Assembly (NCBI RefSeq): GCF_031769215.1 | Contig: NW_026781981.1 | Span: 124,001 to 188,000 of the forward strand | Direction of reading: 5' to 3' | Origin: Ylistrum balloti | Taxonomy: Eukaryota | DNA length: 64,000 bases | Part shown: positions 40,201 to 50,509 of the stretch, in pieces | Numbering within the stretch: the stretch's first letter is position 1 | Layout: each line of letters opens with the position of its first letter | Notes under the pieces: model-generated | The model's input: the letters and a program-made list of their open reading frames with translations, nothing else | Database searches by the model: none | What the model was told of the DNA's origin: nothing | Made by a program: the position numbers and the translations under genes

Positions 40201-40217
40201 TATCCAAGGAATGCCAT
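2713..40217 (-). CDS. AKNA: AKNA-family centrosomal/microtubule-organising protein; spliced CDS, 15 core exons, 6060 nt = 2019 aa + stop (up to 2065 aa with two cassette exons)
   Basis: All core exons are bounded by GT/AG and all phases chain without a stop. Family motifs recognised from memory of vertebrate AKNA: LQKDYDKLLSKYASAELTIDQLRLG (AKNA domain), FDQEKELEGELFRLG, PDADSGFIGS, LQDEIGRLR, CPLCG and a C-terminal helix ALNQSL...TTKMMCTVRGEL. It could be the co-orthologue of AKNA and AKNAD1. Confidence 0.85.
4283..5223. repeat. Minisatellite, 65-bp unit, ~14 copies
   Basis: gactgagggatgttacagaggttagacagacaacagacacaagtctatagtattacaggtatata; preceded by (TA)n. Confidence 0.95.
5604..5757 (-). 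CDS. AKNA: AKNA penultimate exon (phase 2-0); donor either at 5604 (GGG|gtatgt) or 5706 (AAG|gtaaaa)
   Basis: ttggaatag acceptor; within ORF 5517..5831; both donors are phase 0. Confidence 0.7.
6428..6571 (-). CDS. AKNA: AKNA exon (144 nt, phase 2-2): TRPRQRSKSATRVRHYSPEG...EDEFYHRR
   Basis: attctctttaaag acceptor, AAG|gtaagt donor. Confidence 0.85.
6946..8031 (-). CDS. AKNA: AKNA exon (1086 nt, phase 2-2): LQDEIGRLR coil, polyQ/H, polyA, CPLCG motif
   Basis: tctttattccag acceptor, AAG|gtaccg donor; core of ORF 6879..8060. Confidence 0.88.
8197..8737 (-). CDS. AKNA: AKNA exon (541 nt, phase 1-2), Pro/Gln/Thr-rich
   Basis: gtcctgttgtag acceptor, AAG|gtaaag donor; read through manually without stops. 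Confidence 0.85.
9762..9965. repeat. Two-copy ~120-bp direct duplication with G-rich tract
   Basis: atatgacaagtaaagatata...tattacatatatacaggggttggggg...aagttttcagcagtacag occurs twice. Confidence 0.8.
10002..10320. repeat. Minisatellite, 40-bp unit, ~8 copies
   Basis: tactgtaatgtgactgaggggtatacagacatttttgata. Confidence 0.95.
10902..10967 (-). CDS. AKNA: Candidate AKNA cassette exon (66 nt, phase 1-1): GGETLRSEENATVNLRWLADMRG
   Basis: Good acceptor taatatttcttcacag and an open frame. The donor GGG|gttaga is weak; without splicing the frame ends GGT TAG. Confidence 0.5.
11228..11425. repeat. Minisatellite, 59-bp unit, ~3 copies
   Basis: attgacagacatactgagcccagtgacaaactttacaatgataaagatctcccttatac. 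Confidence 0.9.
11753..12045 (-). CDS. AKNA: AKNA exon (293 nt, phase 2-1), Ser/Arg-rich
   Basis: ttattatttacag acceptor and a weak CAG|gttata donor chosen for phase; includes most of ORF 11664..11915. Confidence 0.75.
12498..12784 (-). CDS. AKNA: AKNA exon (287 nt, phase 0-2) with PDADSGFIGS motif
   Basis: tcttatctcctgtag acceptor, AAG|gtggga donor; includes most of ORF 12383..12658. Confidence 0.85.
13020..13265. repeat. Minisatellite, 52-bp unit, ~5 copies
   Basis: aaccagatctgttaggaacagcttgtgaggtatctcagtaggatacatgtct. Confidence 0.93.
13887..14119 (-). CDS. AKNA: AKNA exon (233 nt, phase 1-0), preceded by a 79-nt intron with an AAG acceptor
   Basis: Extends ORF 13872..14096; donor AAG|gtgaat. 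The acceptor position is less certain (AAG), but it is the nearby site that keeps frame. Confidence 0.72.
14199..14265 (-). CDS. AKNA: AKNA exon (67 nt, phase 0-1): GRDTPTNSHNWSMDRSYSEYNG
   Basis: ttttctgtcgctag acceptor, GAG|gtaagt donor. Confidence 0.8.
14650..15215. repeat. Interrupted minisatellite, 29-bp unit
   Basis: tacctaccctggtaaatgatctgatctca, interleaved with copies of nearby unique sequence. Confidence 0.9.
15210..15345 (-). CDS. AKNA: AKNA exon (136 nt, phase 2-0): WEQLQERDEDGRR...NQSFSR
   Basis: ctctaacaacag acceptor, AGG|gtaggt donor; open frame; phases fit. Confidence 0.8.
17879..17950 (-). CDS. AKNA: Candidate AKNA cassette exon (72 nt, phase 2-2): SQGLEISFASDVSQTGSDLDDEPAR
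   Basis: ttgcag acceptor and CAG|gtaaat donor. Open, frame-preserving, and lies in a phase-2 intron. Confidence 0.6.
18345..18409 (-). CDS. AKNA: AKNA exon (65 nt, phase 0-2): KLKHICNSEPEIFKMPKELQE
   Basis: tttttctttcattctccag acceptor, AAG|gtaatt donor; phases fit both neighbours. Confidence 0.8.
19795..20570. repeat. Minisatellite, 41-48-bp unit, ~17 copies, C-rich on + strand
   Basis: ctgtagaacagctgaccctgtctaccctcccccaccctatatctataa and shorter variants. Confidence 0.93.
21340..21540. repeat. Fragment of a dispersed repeat family carrying an (A/G)GGGnnATAACTC motif
   Basis: Motif variants at ~6145, ~11132, ~21388 and ~53284, with a related AGATAACTC in the 1622-1752 element; family identity not assignable. 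Confidence 0.35.
22634..23182 (-). CDS. AKNA: AKNA exon (549 nt, phase 0-0), coiled-coil with FDQEKELEGELFRLG
   Basis: cttcatttcattgtcag acceptor, AAG|gtaagt donor; ORF 22610..23182. Confidence 0.9.
24996..25225 (-). CDS. AKNA: AKNA exon (230 nt, phase 1-0): DLHQYGENP...LGLIFQANGLDDR
   Basis: ctgtag acceptor, AGG|gtaggt donor; core of ORF 24867..25343. Confidence 0.85.
25590..26030. repeat. Minisatellite, 29-bp unit, ~15 copies
   Basis: agttatacttcattctcacaaaaacaa(tc/gc). Confidence 0.95.
26490..27385. repeat. Minisatellite with 49-bp and 46-bp variants, ~18 copies
   Basis: atcattattaaacacatgaactttgccactatcacaacagctgagagac / attatcaaacacctgaaattgaccactatcacaacagctgagagac. Confidence 0.95.
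27493..27680 (+). mobile_element. tRNA-derived SINE with V-domain core (V-SINE-like), degenerate
   Basis: A-box-like tggcacagtgataac and B-box-like gggtttgatgcccg, then gggttttcccacagtaccccagtttcctcccaca, resembling the V-SINE core GGGTTTTCTCCGGGTACTCCGGTTTCCTCCCACA. Confidence 0.65.
32753..34819 (-). CDS. AKNA: AKNA large exon (2067 nt, phase 1-1), contains AKNA domain at ~32895-33005
   Basis: Acceptor ttttctcattttag and donor TTG|gtaagt. Covers most of ORF 32577..34619 and extends it upstream. Confidence 0.9.
38890..39720. repeat. Minisatellite, 71-bp unit, ~11 copies
   Basis: tagttctccctgataatgtcacatactgtaaacttttacatagcagtgtaataggtctgtctacagtacta. Confidence 0.95.
40148..40217 (-). CDS. 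AKNA: AKNA first coding exon (whole exon 40148-40324): MAFLGYSDDFDLDDDGILRDSAS, phase 1
   Basis: Acceptor ttttccattacag at 40325 and donor CAT|gtgagt. ATG in accATGG context with an in-frame TAA upstream. It joins the next exon in frame. Confidence 0.75.
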
Positions 40218-40574
40218 GGTTACGGTGTCAGAGCCTGAGGATTATCATCACTGGATAATGAATGGTCAGTACTTAATCTCTCTATATATAGCCTGTCCCT
40301 GATGACCATTGGTCATTCTGTTATCTGTAATGGAAAATAGTGATCAGGTTAGTAACAATTAATGGATTACCAAACCATTAACGTTCAACACACATAATGG
40401 TAAATACTCTTCAGTTTGATGAACGTCACATATTTCAACACACATAATGGTCCAACTATATATAAATACTCTTTCACTTTGTTTGATGAATCAGTCACAT
40501 ATTTCTGTACCTGTTACAGGTACTGTATGTATCCAGTAATAACCACAAGTCTGGAACCAAGTCCAACTATATAT

Positions 40575-41560
40575 AATCACTCACTTCCAGGACATACTGG
40601 TGGCAGTCAACAAAGACTGTCAGTCAACAAATCACTGGTGGCAGTCAACAAGACTGTCACTCACTTCCAGGACATCCTCTACTTTGTTCAACAGAGATCA
40701 TTTTAATGAGCCCACCATCTGATTTTGAGTAGGATGTGATCATGTGTTGGCCACCTAGACTTATAAGGATGAAAACAGTAAATGCTTGTCAATGTTGACA
40801 GTTTTTTTTCATAAATCTTCATCACAGATATAGGACATATATTTCAAAGACTGTCACTCATCAGGACATCACACCAAAGACTCACTCACTATCAGGACAT
40901 CACTGGTGGCAATCAACAGAGACTATCACTCACTTTCAGGACATCACTGGTGGTAGTCAACAGAGACTGTCACTCACTATCAGGACATCACTGGTGGCAG
41001 TCAACAGAGACTGTCACTCACTTTCAGGACATCACTGGTGGCAGTCAACAGAGACTGTCACTCGCTATCAGGACATCACTGGTGGCAGTCAACAGAGACT
41101 GTCACTCACTATAAGGACATCATGGGTGGCAATCAACAGAGACTGTCACTCACTATCAGGACATCACTGGTGGCAGTCAACAGAGACTGTCACTCACTAT
41201 CAGGACATCACTGGTGGCAGTCAACAGAGACTGTCACTCACTATCAGGACATCACAGGTGGCAGTCAACAAAGACTGCTGCTCACTTTCAGGACATCACT
41301 GGTGACTGTCAACAAAAACTGCCTCTCACTATCAGGACATCACTGGTGGCAGTCAACAGAGACTGTCACTCACTATCAGGACATCACTGGTGGCAGTCAA
41401 CAAAGACTGTCACTCACTATCAGGACATCACTGGTGGCAGTCAACAGAGACTGTCACTCACTATCAGGACATCACTGGTGGTAGTCAACAGAGACTGTCA
41501 CTCACTATCAGGACATCACTGGTGGCAGTCAACAGAGACTGTCACTCCCTATCAGGACAT
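40575..41560. repeat. Minisatellite, 44-bp unit, ~16 copies (main array 40850-41560) with scattered partial units upstream
   Basis: ctgtcactcactatcaggacatcactggtggcagtcaacagaga. Confidence 0.95.
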
Positions 41561-43429
41561 CAACACACCAAGATGTTTACCCACACATTTAGGATGATGT
41601 TCCACTGACAACTAGTATAGGAGATAAGACCCCAGACAATTTTTTAATTTGTTATAGGTCAAAGGTCACTTTCTTTTTGATACATGATCCCATCCCCCTC
41701 CCATACACAGGCACACACACATCAAGGAGAACCAAACATATACCCCAAGTATAAAATTCTGGTGACAATGACAGAAAGAGGGAAGGACAGCAGGACACAA
41801 AGCCAAATTATAGCATCAGAAACAAAACACAATATCAGTTTATATCACCATGAGAAGTGCTCTTATTTTATGAAATATGTCCTACTTTGATGGTAAAAGA
41901 GAGAAATCCCTACACAAACAGTGTAACTGAAGGCAATGCTTAACAGATATATGAAGTAGTGTATAAACATTTATCCAAGCAGTCAACCTTGTGCGTTTAT
42001 AACCAACACACTAAAAATCATGTAGGTATGATATAATTAACAGTTATCAAATTAGATATATTAGTTTGAATACAATCATTGACAGTTGTAGTATCTGGAA
42101 ATTTAAATGTCACAACTGTTACTATAAAACATCTTTATAGATGTGTAAACAGTCAGGGAGAAACATGCATGTACGTCCCTGACTTTTGGTTACAGAAGGT
42201 CAGCACATCACTTTATCATACTCTAAGAATGACAGACAGACACATACAACCAGAATGGAAAACAAGTCAGTGAATAGAGGGAGATGTCGTGATCAATACC
42301 AGAAAGATTGGACACCGCAATCTCCATCACATAGCTGCTGTCTCTTGTGTTGTTTATCTCACCAACAAAGTTTAAGCATTCAGCAAGAGTCACGATGGAA
42401 GCAGTGAGTTGGCTTCACATGTACAGAGCACTAGTAGAACCAGTGGTTACACCAGCTGATAATGACACAGAGACTGACATACACAAAATAACAAACACTG
42501 CATGATTTTCAACAACTCTAAACCTTGTATGTAATATTCCATACCAACCTGAATGGTATTCAGTTATACGTCTCTCTGTCCAGTGTAAATGGAGATTAGT
42601 GGCTAGCTTTCAGCATATCCAATCAATGTATACATAATTTCAGTAATATTCAATCTTAACACTTAAACACCTGTTTTCTGTATTTGCAAATTTAAAACAA
42701 AGTGAGGATCCAAACTGATTATGTGATTCACCTGTACCTGTTGTACATGAAGGTGTGCCTTGAAGAACAGTCCAGGTAAACTTTGCACAGCTATCAGAAT
42801 CTGTCATTAATATACATGTACTTCCGAATATACAACTGGCACTATTCCAGTTGTATTGTTCATACTAGTGTGGAAATGTTGGGTTATGTTCCAGTCATGG
42901 TTCAGTGCCATGCCGCTTAATCATTGAGTTCTGGCCCCGTTATTCATTGACAGGAGACAGAAGTATCAAATGGCTTAACTGTACACAAAGCTCTGCCACC
43001 AGCTTGTATTTACTATGTAATATAAAGACTGCAGAAGATGAGCATGGTGGAACCTGGCTAATGTCAGATTGTCAGGTGAATCGTGGTAACATGGTCAGGT
43101 AAAATCTAAGATAATAATTGTCCTCGAGATATTACAGGGTCATCCCAATCAGATATTGAAGTAAAACTACAAGGTTGAATTGCAGAAATGATTTTTCAGA
43201 TTTTCTTTAAAGAGGTGATAAATTTCTGTCTGTTTTGACGGCCCTCCCCTCCATGTAGATTCTACAGGTTCTTTGATGTAGGTCACCTCCTATTATACTG
43301 TACATAGATAGGGCAGGCAAATTGCTTGTAGTGGGATCTAATAGGTCCTTTCTTGTTTTTTTTGGTTTCGACACATAAACAGTAAATGATGAAAAATCAG
43401 AGAAACCAGGAAAAGAGGACAGACAATCA

Positions 43430-44790
43430 CCATGATGGAGACTCTTTCTTAGTCTCTGTTGTCAACACATACCACTGGATATAGCAGGATACCATGATGG
43501 AGACTCTTTCTTAGTCTCTGTTGTCAACACATACCACTGGATATAGCAGGATACCATGATGGAGACTCTTTCTTAGTCTCTGTTGTCAACACATACCGCT
43601 GGATATAGCAGGATACCATGATGGAGACTCTTTCTTAGTCTCTGTTGTCAACACATACCGCTGGATATAGCAGGATACCATGATGGAGACTCTTTCTTAG
43701 TCTCTGTTGTCAACACATACCGCTGGATATAGCAGGATACCATGATGGAGACTCTTTCTTAAGTCTCTGTTGTCAACACATACCGCTGGATATAGCAGGA
43801 TACCATGATGGAGACTCTTTCTTAAGTCTCTGTTGTCAACACATACCGCTGGATATAGCAGGATACCATGATGGAGACACTTTCTTAGTCTCTGTTGTCA
43901 ACACATACCGCTGGATATAGCAGGATACCATGATGGAGACTCTTTCTTAGTCTCTGTTGTCAACACATACCGCTGGATATAGCAGGATACCATGATGGAG
44001 ACTCTTTCTTAAGTCTCTGTTGTCAACACATACCGCTGGATATAGCAGGATACCATGATGGAGACACTTTCTTAGTCTCTGTTGTCAACACATACCGCTG
44101 GATATAGCAGGATACCATGATGGAGACTCTTTCTTAGTCTCTGTTGTCAACACATACCGCTGGATATAGCAGGATACCATGATGGAGACACTTTCTTAAG
44201 TCTCTGTTGTCAACACATACCGCTGGATATAGCAGGATACCATGATGGAGACACTTTCTTAAGTCTCTGTTGTCAACACATACCGCTGGATATAGCAGGA
44301 TACCATGATGGAGACACTTTCTTAGTCTCTGTTGTCAACACATACCGCTGGATATAGCAGGATACCATGATGGAGACTCTTTCTTAGTCTCTGTTGTCAA
44401 CACATACCGCTGGATATAGCAGGATACCATGATGGAGACACTTTCTTAAGTCTCTGTTGTCAACACATACCGCTGGATATAGCAGGATACCATGATGGAG
44501 ACACTTTCTTAGTCTCTGTTGTCAACACATACCGCTGGATATAGCAGGATACCATGATGGAGACACTTTCTTAGTCTCTGTTGTCAACACATACCGCTGG
44601 ATATAGCAGGATACCATGATGGAGACACTTTCTTAAGTCTCTGTTGTCAACACATACCGCTGGATATAGCAGGATACCATGATGGAGACACTTTCTTAAG
44701 TCTCTGTTGTCAACACATACCGCTGGATATAGCAGGATACCATGATGGAGACACTTTCTTAAGTCTCTGTTGTCAACACATACCATTGGA
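43430..44790. repeat. Minisatellite, 62/63-bp unit, ~22 near-identical copies
   Basis: catgatggagactctttctt(a)agtctctgttgtcaacacataccgctggatatagcaggatac. Confidence 0.96.
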
Positions 44791-46339
44791 TACAGCAGAA
44801 TGATCATTTGTTTAAGGGAATTTTTTCATGTATTTTCTTATTACACGACATGTACAGATGACATGTATAAAATGCAAGAAGACTAGATAGAGGAGCAGAT
44901 GATGTTAGCACAAAACACTGGAAAGCATTATATAAACCCTGGCATTGGGGGATAAAATACCACGAGATCCAGCAGAGCATATCAATATCACAGATCCTGT
45001 ATACATACATGTTCTCAAAATATCTCTACCACTTTACAAAGTCCATGAGGATTCACCATCAGTTAAAAGAGTTGGTTCATTAGAAACGCTTTTGATTAAA
45101 ATCTAGCAGAAGCAATTTTCTTTCCAGAATAACTGAGATATTGCTGAAGACAAAGAAAGGAACAATGGTTTTGATTCTTACAATTTCAAACTTCAAAAAA
45201 ATATTTCAAAAAATCAGAAAACATTTCTGAAACAAGCGTTTTTAATCCTCCATGGCAGAGGTCACCTAGAATTGTATGAATACAGCCCAAACTACAAGTT
45301 AAATATCACAAAGAAAAGGTCCTAATGACCAGAAAAGGCCACCCTTGTCAACATTACAAACAAATTATTTGAAAATTGCTTTCCACCTGCTATGAACAAA
45401 AATCTATGGATATTTTGAGTTTAGTAATTACACAAATGACTCCGAACATTAAGCCACTTTCAAGAGTATAATTATATCATGACAAGTTCTTTCTACAAAC
45501 ACTGAGAAAAGGAACCAGATTTTAATCTTTTGTTTAGCACTGGTGACCTTACCTGGAAAAAAACTAAGATTGAAGACGAAGGTCATTTCATTACTCTACT
45601 GACAACAATAACAGAGATTGTATAGCTTATGTAGTTCTTAAAAGACACAGTAAAGTCATGGATCGTCTTCAGTGATATAAGATTACACACAAAGAATTCA
45701 TATAATCTCTGGTACTTTTGTATGTCTATACAACATATACATCACAAATCTTTTTTGTAACAGGTACTTATATCTGACAGGTATTACACTGAATATCACC
45801 TTCTAATCTTCAATGTTTTTATAGATAGAGCAATAATGTTGTAACATTCTCAATGGAACAAGAATGTCATGGAAATTAAACTGCCAACTGAAAACTCTGA
45901 AAGGACACATTACACACCATGTTCTCTCTGTGTGGATACCAGTAATACATAAAGTCAAACTATATATTCTCTGTTTGAGGAACAATCTACTTACTTGACT
46001 ATTCAGCAGTTCTCTTTATTTCACAAAAAAAAAGGCAATCTCAATAACGATTGAAAAAAAAATAATAATAATAACAATAATTTCACCAATGATTTGTTGT
46101 ATATTTGATCTTTTATCAGTTTTCAATATAAAAGATATTTACAGAGGAAGTCTTAAATCTCCCTGTTTCATGTGACTGCAGTGTTGGGCTCTCAAACAAG
46201 ATCTGTTGTAACACAACACTATTACCTATCACACAAGATATCTTATGTCACAACACTGTTACCCATCAAAATGGATCTCTTGTGTCACACCACTTTTATC
46301 CATCACAGGATGACATTAAATGTTGTGCTATTGTAATCC

Positions 46340-47930
46340 TTCACACAGGATCTGTAATGTCATGCCACAGTGATCATTCACACAGGATCTGTAATATCAT
46401 GCCACTGTGATCCTTCACACAGGATCTGTAGTGTTATGCCACAGTAATCCTTCACATAGGATCTGTAATATCATGCCACTGTGATCCTTCACATAGGATC
46501 TGTAATATCATGCCACTGTGATCCTTCACACAGGATCTGTAGTGTCATGCCACAGTGATCCCTCACACAGGATCTGTAGTGTCATGTAACAGTGATCCCT
46601 CACACAGGATCTGTAGTGTCATGTCACAGTGATCCCTCACACAGGATCTGTAGTGTCATGTCACAGTGATCCCTCACACAGGATCTGTAGTGTCATGTCA
46701 CAGTGATCCCTCACACAGGATCTGTAGTGTTATGCCACAGTAATCCTTCACATAGGATCTGTAATATCATGCCACTGTGATCCTTCACATAGGATCTGTA
46801 ATATCATGCCACAGTGATCCCTCACACAGGATCTGTAATATCATGCCACTGTGATCCTTCACACAGGATCTGTAGTGTCATGCCACAGTGATCCCTCACA
46901 TAGGATCTGTAGTGTCATGCCACAGTGATCCCTCACATAGGATCTGTAGTGTCATGTAACAGTGATCCCTCACACAGGATCTGTAATATCATGCCACTGT
47001 GTCATGCTAACATGACCCCTCACACAGGATCTATAGTGTCATGCCAACATGATCCCTCACACAGGATCTGAAGTGTCATGCTAACATGATCCCTCACACA
47101 GGATCTGTTGTGTCATGCCAACATGATCCCTCACACAGGATCTGTAGTGTCATGCTAACATGATCCCTCACACAGGATCTGTAGTGTCATGCCAACATGA
47201 CCCCTCACACAGGATCTGTTGTGTCATGCCAACATGATCCCTCACACAGGATCTGTAGTGTCATGCTAACATGATCCCTCACACAGGATTGTAGTGTTAG
47301 GCCACAGTGATCCTTCACACAGGATCTGTAGTGTCATGCCAACATGATCCCTCACACAGGATCTGTAGTGTCATGCTAACATGATCCCTCACACAGGATC
47401 TGTAGTGTCATGCCAACATGACCCCTCACACAGGATCTGTAGTGTCATGCCAACATGACCCCTCACACAGGATCTGTTGTGTCATGCCAACATGATCCCT
47501 CACACAGGATCTGTAGTGTCATGCTAACATGATCCCTCACACAGGATTGTAGTGTTAGGCCACAGTGATCCTTCACACAGGATCTGTAGTGTCATGCCAA
47601 CATGATCCCTCACACAGGATCTGTAGTGTCATGCCAACATGATCCCTCACACAGGATCTGTAGTGTCATGCCAACATGACCCCTCACACAGGATCTGTAG
47701 TGTCATGCCAACATGACCCCTCACACAGGATCTGTTGTGTCATGCCAACATGATCCCTCACACAGGATCTGTAGTGTCATGCCAACATGATCCCTCACAC
47801 AGGATCTGTTGTGTCATGCCAACATGATCCCTCACACAGGATCTGTAGTGTCATGCTAACATGATCCCTCACACAGGATTGTAGTGTTAGGCCACAGTGA
47901 TCCTTCACACAGGATCTGTAGTGTCACTTC
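46340..47930. repeat. Minisatellite, 37-bp unit, ~43 copies, two variant domains
   Basis: cacacaggatctgtagtgtcatgccaacatgatccct (right half) vs ...gccacagtgatcc(c/t)t (left half). Confidence 0.95.
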
Positions 47931-49739
47931 ACTGTTACAATCCTGATTTTCTATAGGAACTTTTGCCTTACTACTGACTGCTATGTACATTAAAATAATA
48001 AATTTTTTTTTTTTAAAAAACTGCTCTTACTCTTCCTTATGTCATTGTAAATAAATTTCAGGTATAAGTATTTTGTACAGAAATGAATCTATGAAGAATG
48101 ATTAACAAACAGCTTAATTTACACAAATTTTAACAACTTACATTTTGTGTATGTAAAGAGGAAATATATTGCCTTCTATATAGATCCAGAGTGGCCTGAT
48201 AATTAGCCCTATATTCCAGTCACTTGTTACACTATCACACTGATCAATGATATCTGAAGAGCAGGCGTAGGTGCCACAATCCAATAGAACATTCACAAAC
48301 ATTACCAGGCGGGTTTTTATTCTAGCTTACCTATATATACCTCAATAATACCAGGTCAATACAAACTCAGATTTGATACAAAGCCAAAAATTTCATTTCA
48401 CGATTATCAAAATAAACACATAGGTATGCCTCCTTAGGAGTTCCGCAGGCATTTATGGGTATGGCACTTGGGTAATGTTATCAGGGACACACCAACACAT
48501 GGGGAATACCTGAACAAGAATATACAACTGGTTTAAACTACATCTAAGGGACTGTATTCAGTGCAACAATTAGGTTCTGATTAATGATCTAAACAATGAC
48601 TAATGGTAAATGAGCCTTTACTTTTTTAATCAAACAACGCAACAAGGATATCATTTTAAAACAATATTTTTGTACATATATAATAGATGATCGTTTCAAG
48701 ATTCAAATAAACAATGACTGATATCTGCTTTATGTTTCAGATCAACCATTGTTTCAGTATTTACTACAATAACTAGATGGTCATAAGTGTTTCAAGCTAT
48801 TATGTTAAGAAAATTTCACGAAATCTAAATTTTCACTTATCTTGACATCTCTGTTATTTTTAATTGAATATTTTCAATTGCATTTTTGAAACAATGCAAA
48901 AAATCTGCAGTGAACAGGAAGGCATTAAGACCCCTTTATTACAATATACTGTAAATCAGAAGTTGTTGAATGTTCCAAACAGTCCATTTTGATGGTGGTG
49001 GTGGTGGGGAGGTGGGGGGGGGGGGGTTGTAAGGGGGACGGGGTACAGTAAAAAAAATCCTGTTATATCACAGATATCATCAAATATTATCAGACGCTAG
49101 GATGCAACGAAAAGAAATTACAAATTCGTATATATTAGCAATGTCATAGAGGACATGCATTTGAATTAAAATCTCAACCAAACTGTGGGCAGGTATTTAG
49201 CATTAGGCCCTGAAAGCCTACATGTGTGTACTACATGTCTTGTTTTCGTGTATAGGCATGTACAGCTGAGACATCGGTAGGGAAATAATACCAATGTACT
49301 GACAATGGTATAGCCATGCAACTCATATCAAAACATAGTATTTCAATCGGCTTGATTTCCATTTAACCCCTTCCTCCCCCTCCCCACTTTTTTCTCACTC
49401 TCCCTCGCATTTACTCCTTCTTGAAAAGAATTAACAGTCGAGTTACTAGATCATCTAGTTCTCGCCATTGATGCTGTGTTGATAATTATTCAGACAATTG
49501 CCATATGTTGTTCGAAAGACAATATAAATTCGAATAAAAACATTATTTACTTGTAAATTAACTGGGGTCGAAAATGACAAAAAGATATCCGCGTACACGT
49601 TTCCACAGAAACCGCGTCGCTTTCCTAGATACGAGCAAGATAGCAAGGTGCCCGTTATTTACGGCGAATGCCGTCGCAATAATACTCGGGAATGACATGT
49701 ATAAAAATATATAATGAAAATAGAAATGAAATAACTTAC

Positions 49740-49870
49740 CTTTGCACATCATAAACCTTATATCCACACAATGAATATTTCATATAAACATCCGACTCTT
49801 AGGTCACTGACAGATGTCCCAAAATGTGTAGAGTCGATGATTCGCCTGGGTGAACATGTGCGGTTACTAT
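49740..49870 (-). other. AKNA: Probable first (leader) exon of AKNA; 5' boundary approximate
   Basis: Strong donor AAAG|GTAAGT (intron starts 49739) next to a CpG-retaining stretch (49540-49700). The exon ends ATG ATG TGC AAA G (phase 1). The TSS is not determinable. Confidence 0.45.
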
Positions 49871-50509
49871 AAAATTAGGAACGAAAATATTGCATATTAA
49901 ACGGAGAGCAGCTCTACATTCAAAAGCTTTTAACCGAAACGTTTCTATTTGGTATTTAAAAGCTAATAACTATTGTCCAATTCAAGATATATTGGTTATA
50001 AACAAACTATTTATTTCTATTTCATGGCTGTTTTTTTTATTTTATCACATCTTTTTTACAACTCCTTTACCTTGCCCGATGTATGTGTATTTGGATTTTG
50101 TTTCATTATTTTTTGATGTCTGTATAGTCAAGCATGTATATCTATGCGATTTTCTGCCGGAAATTTTCTGCAAGATCTTAATATTGTACGTTTCAGTTCC
50201 ATGTTGTTCCATTATTTAGTTATGATGTAGAGGAGTTGATTTAAAAATCGCCTATGTTCTTGGGGGAAGGGGAGGGTGCGGTCAAAACCATACTTTGATG
50301 GAGTGATACGAAAGTTGCAAGGGTCTTTTTCACTTTCAAAAAAGATATTCTTAAAGTAGGGAGGGGGGACAAATGGTTAAGTTATTCATACTTCTGCCAT
50401 TGTATGATGATAAAACACCTAATATACATCATTGTCTTTGCCACTAATCTTATGTGGGATCACATTGCTGTGAGTTTCTAGTTCAGGAGTGTCAATCTAC
50501 CAAACAAAT

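Noticed and set aside
40994-41608. Overlapping 72-148-aa ORFs
   Set aside because: They come from the stop-poor 44-bp repeat, antisense to AKNA intron 1
43430-47930. CRISPR-like appearance of regular repeats
   Set aside because: The units are head-to-tail with no unique spacers, there are no cas genes, and the context is a eukaryotic intron
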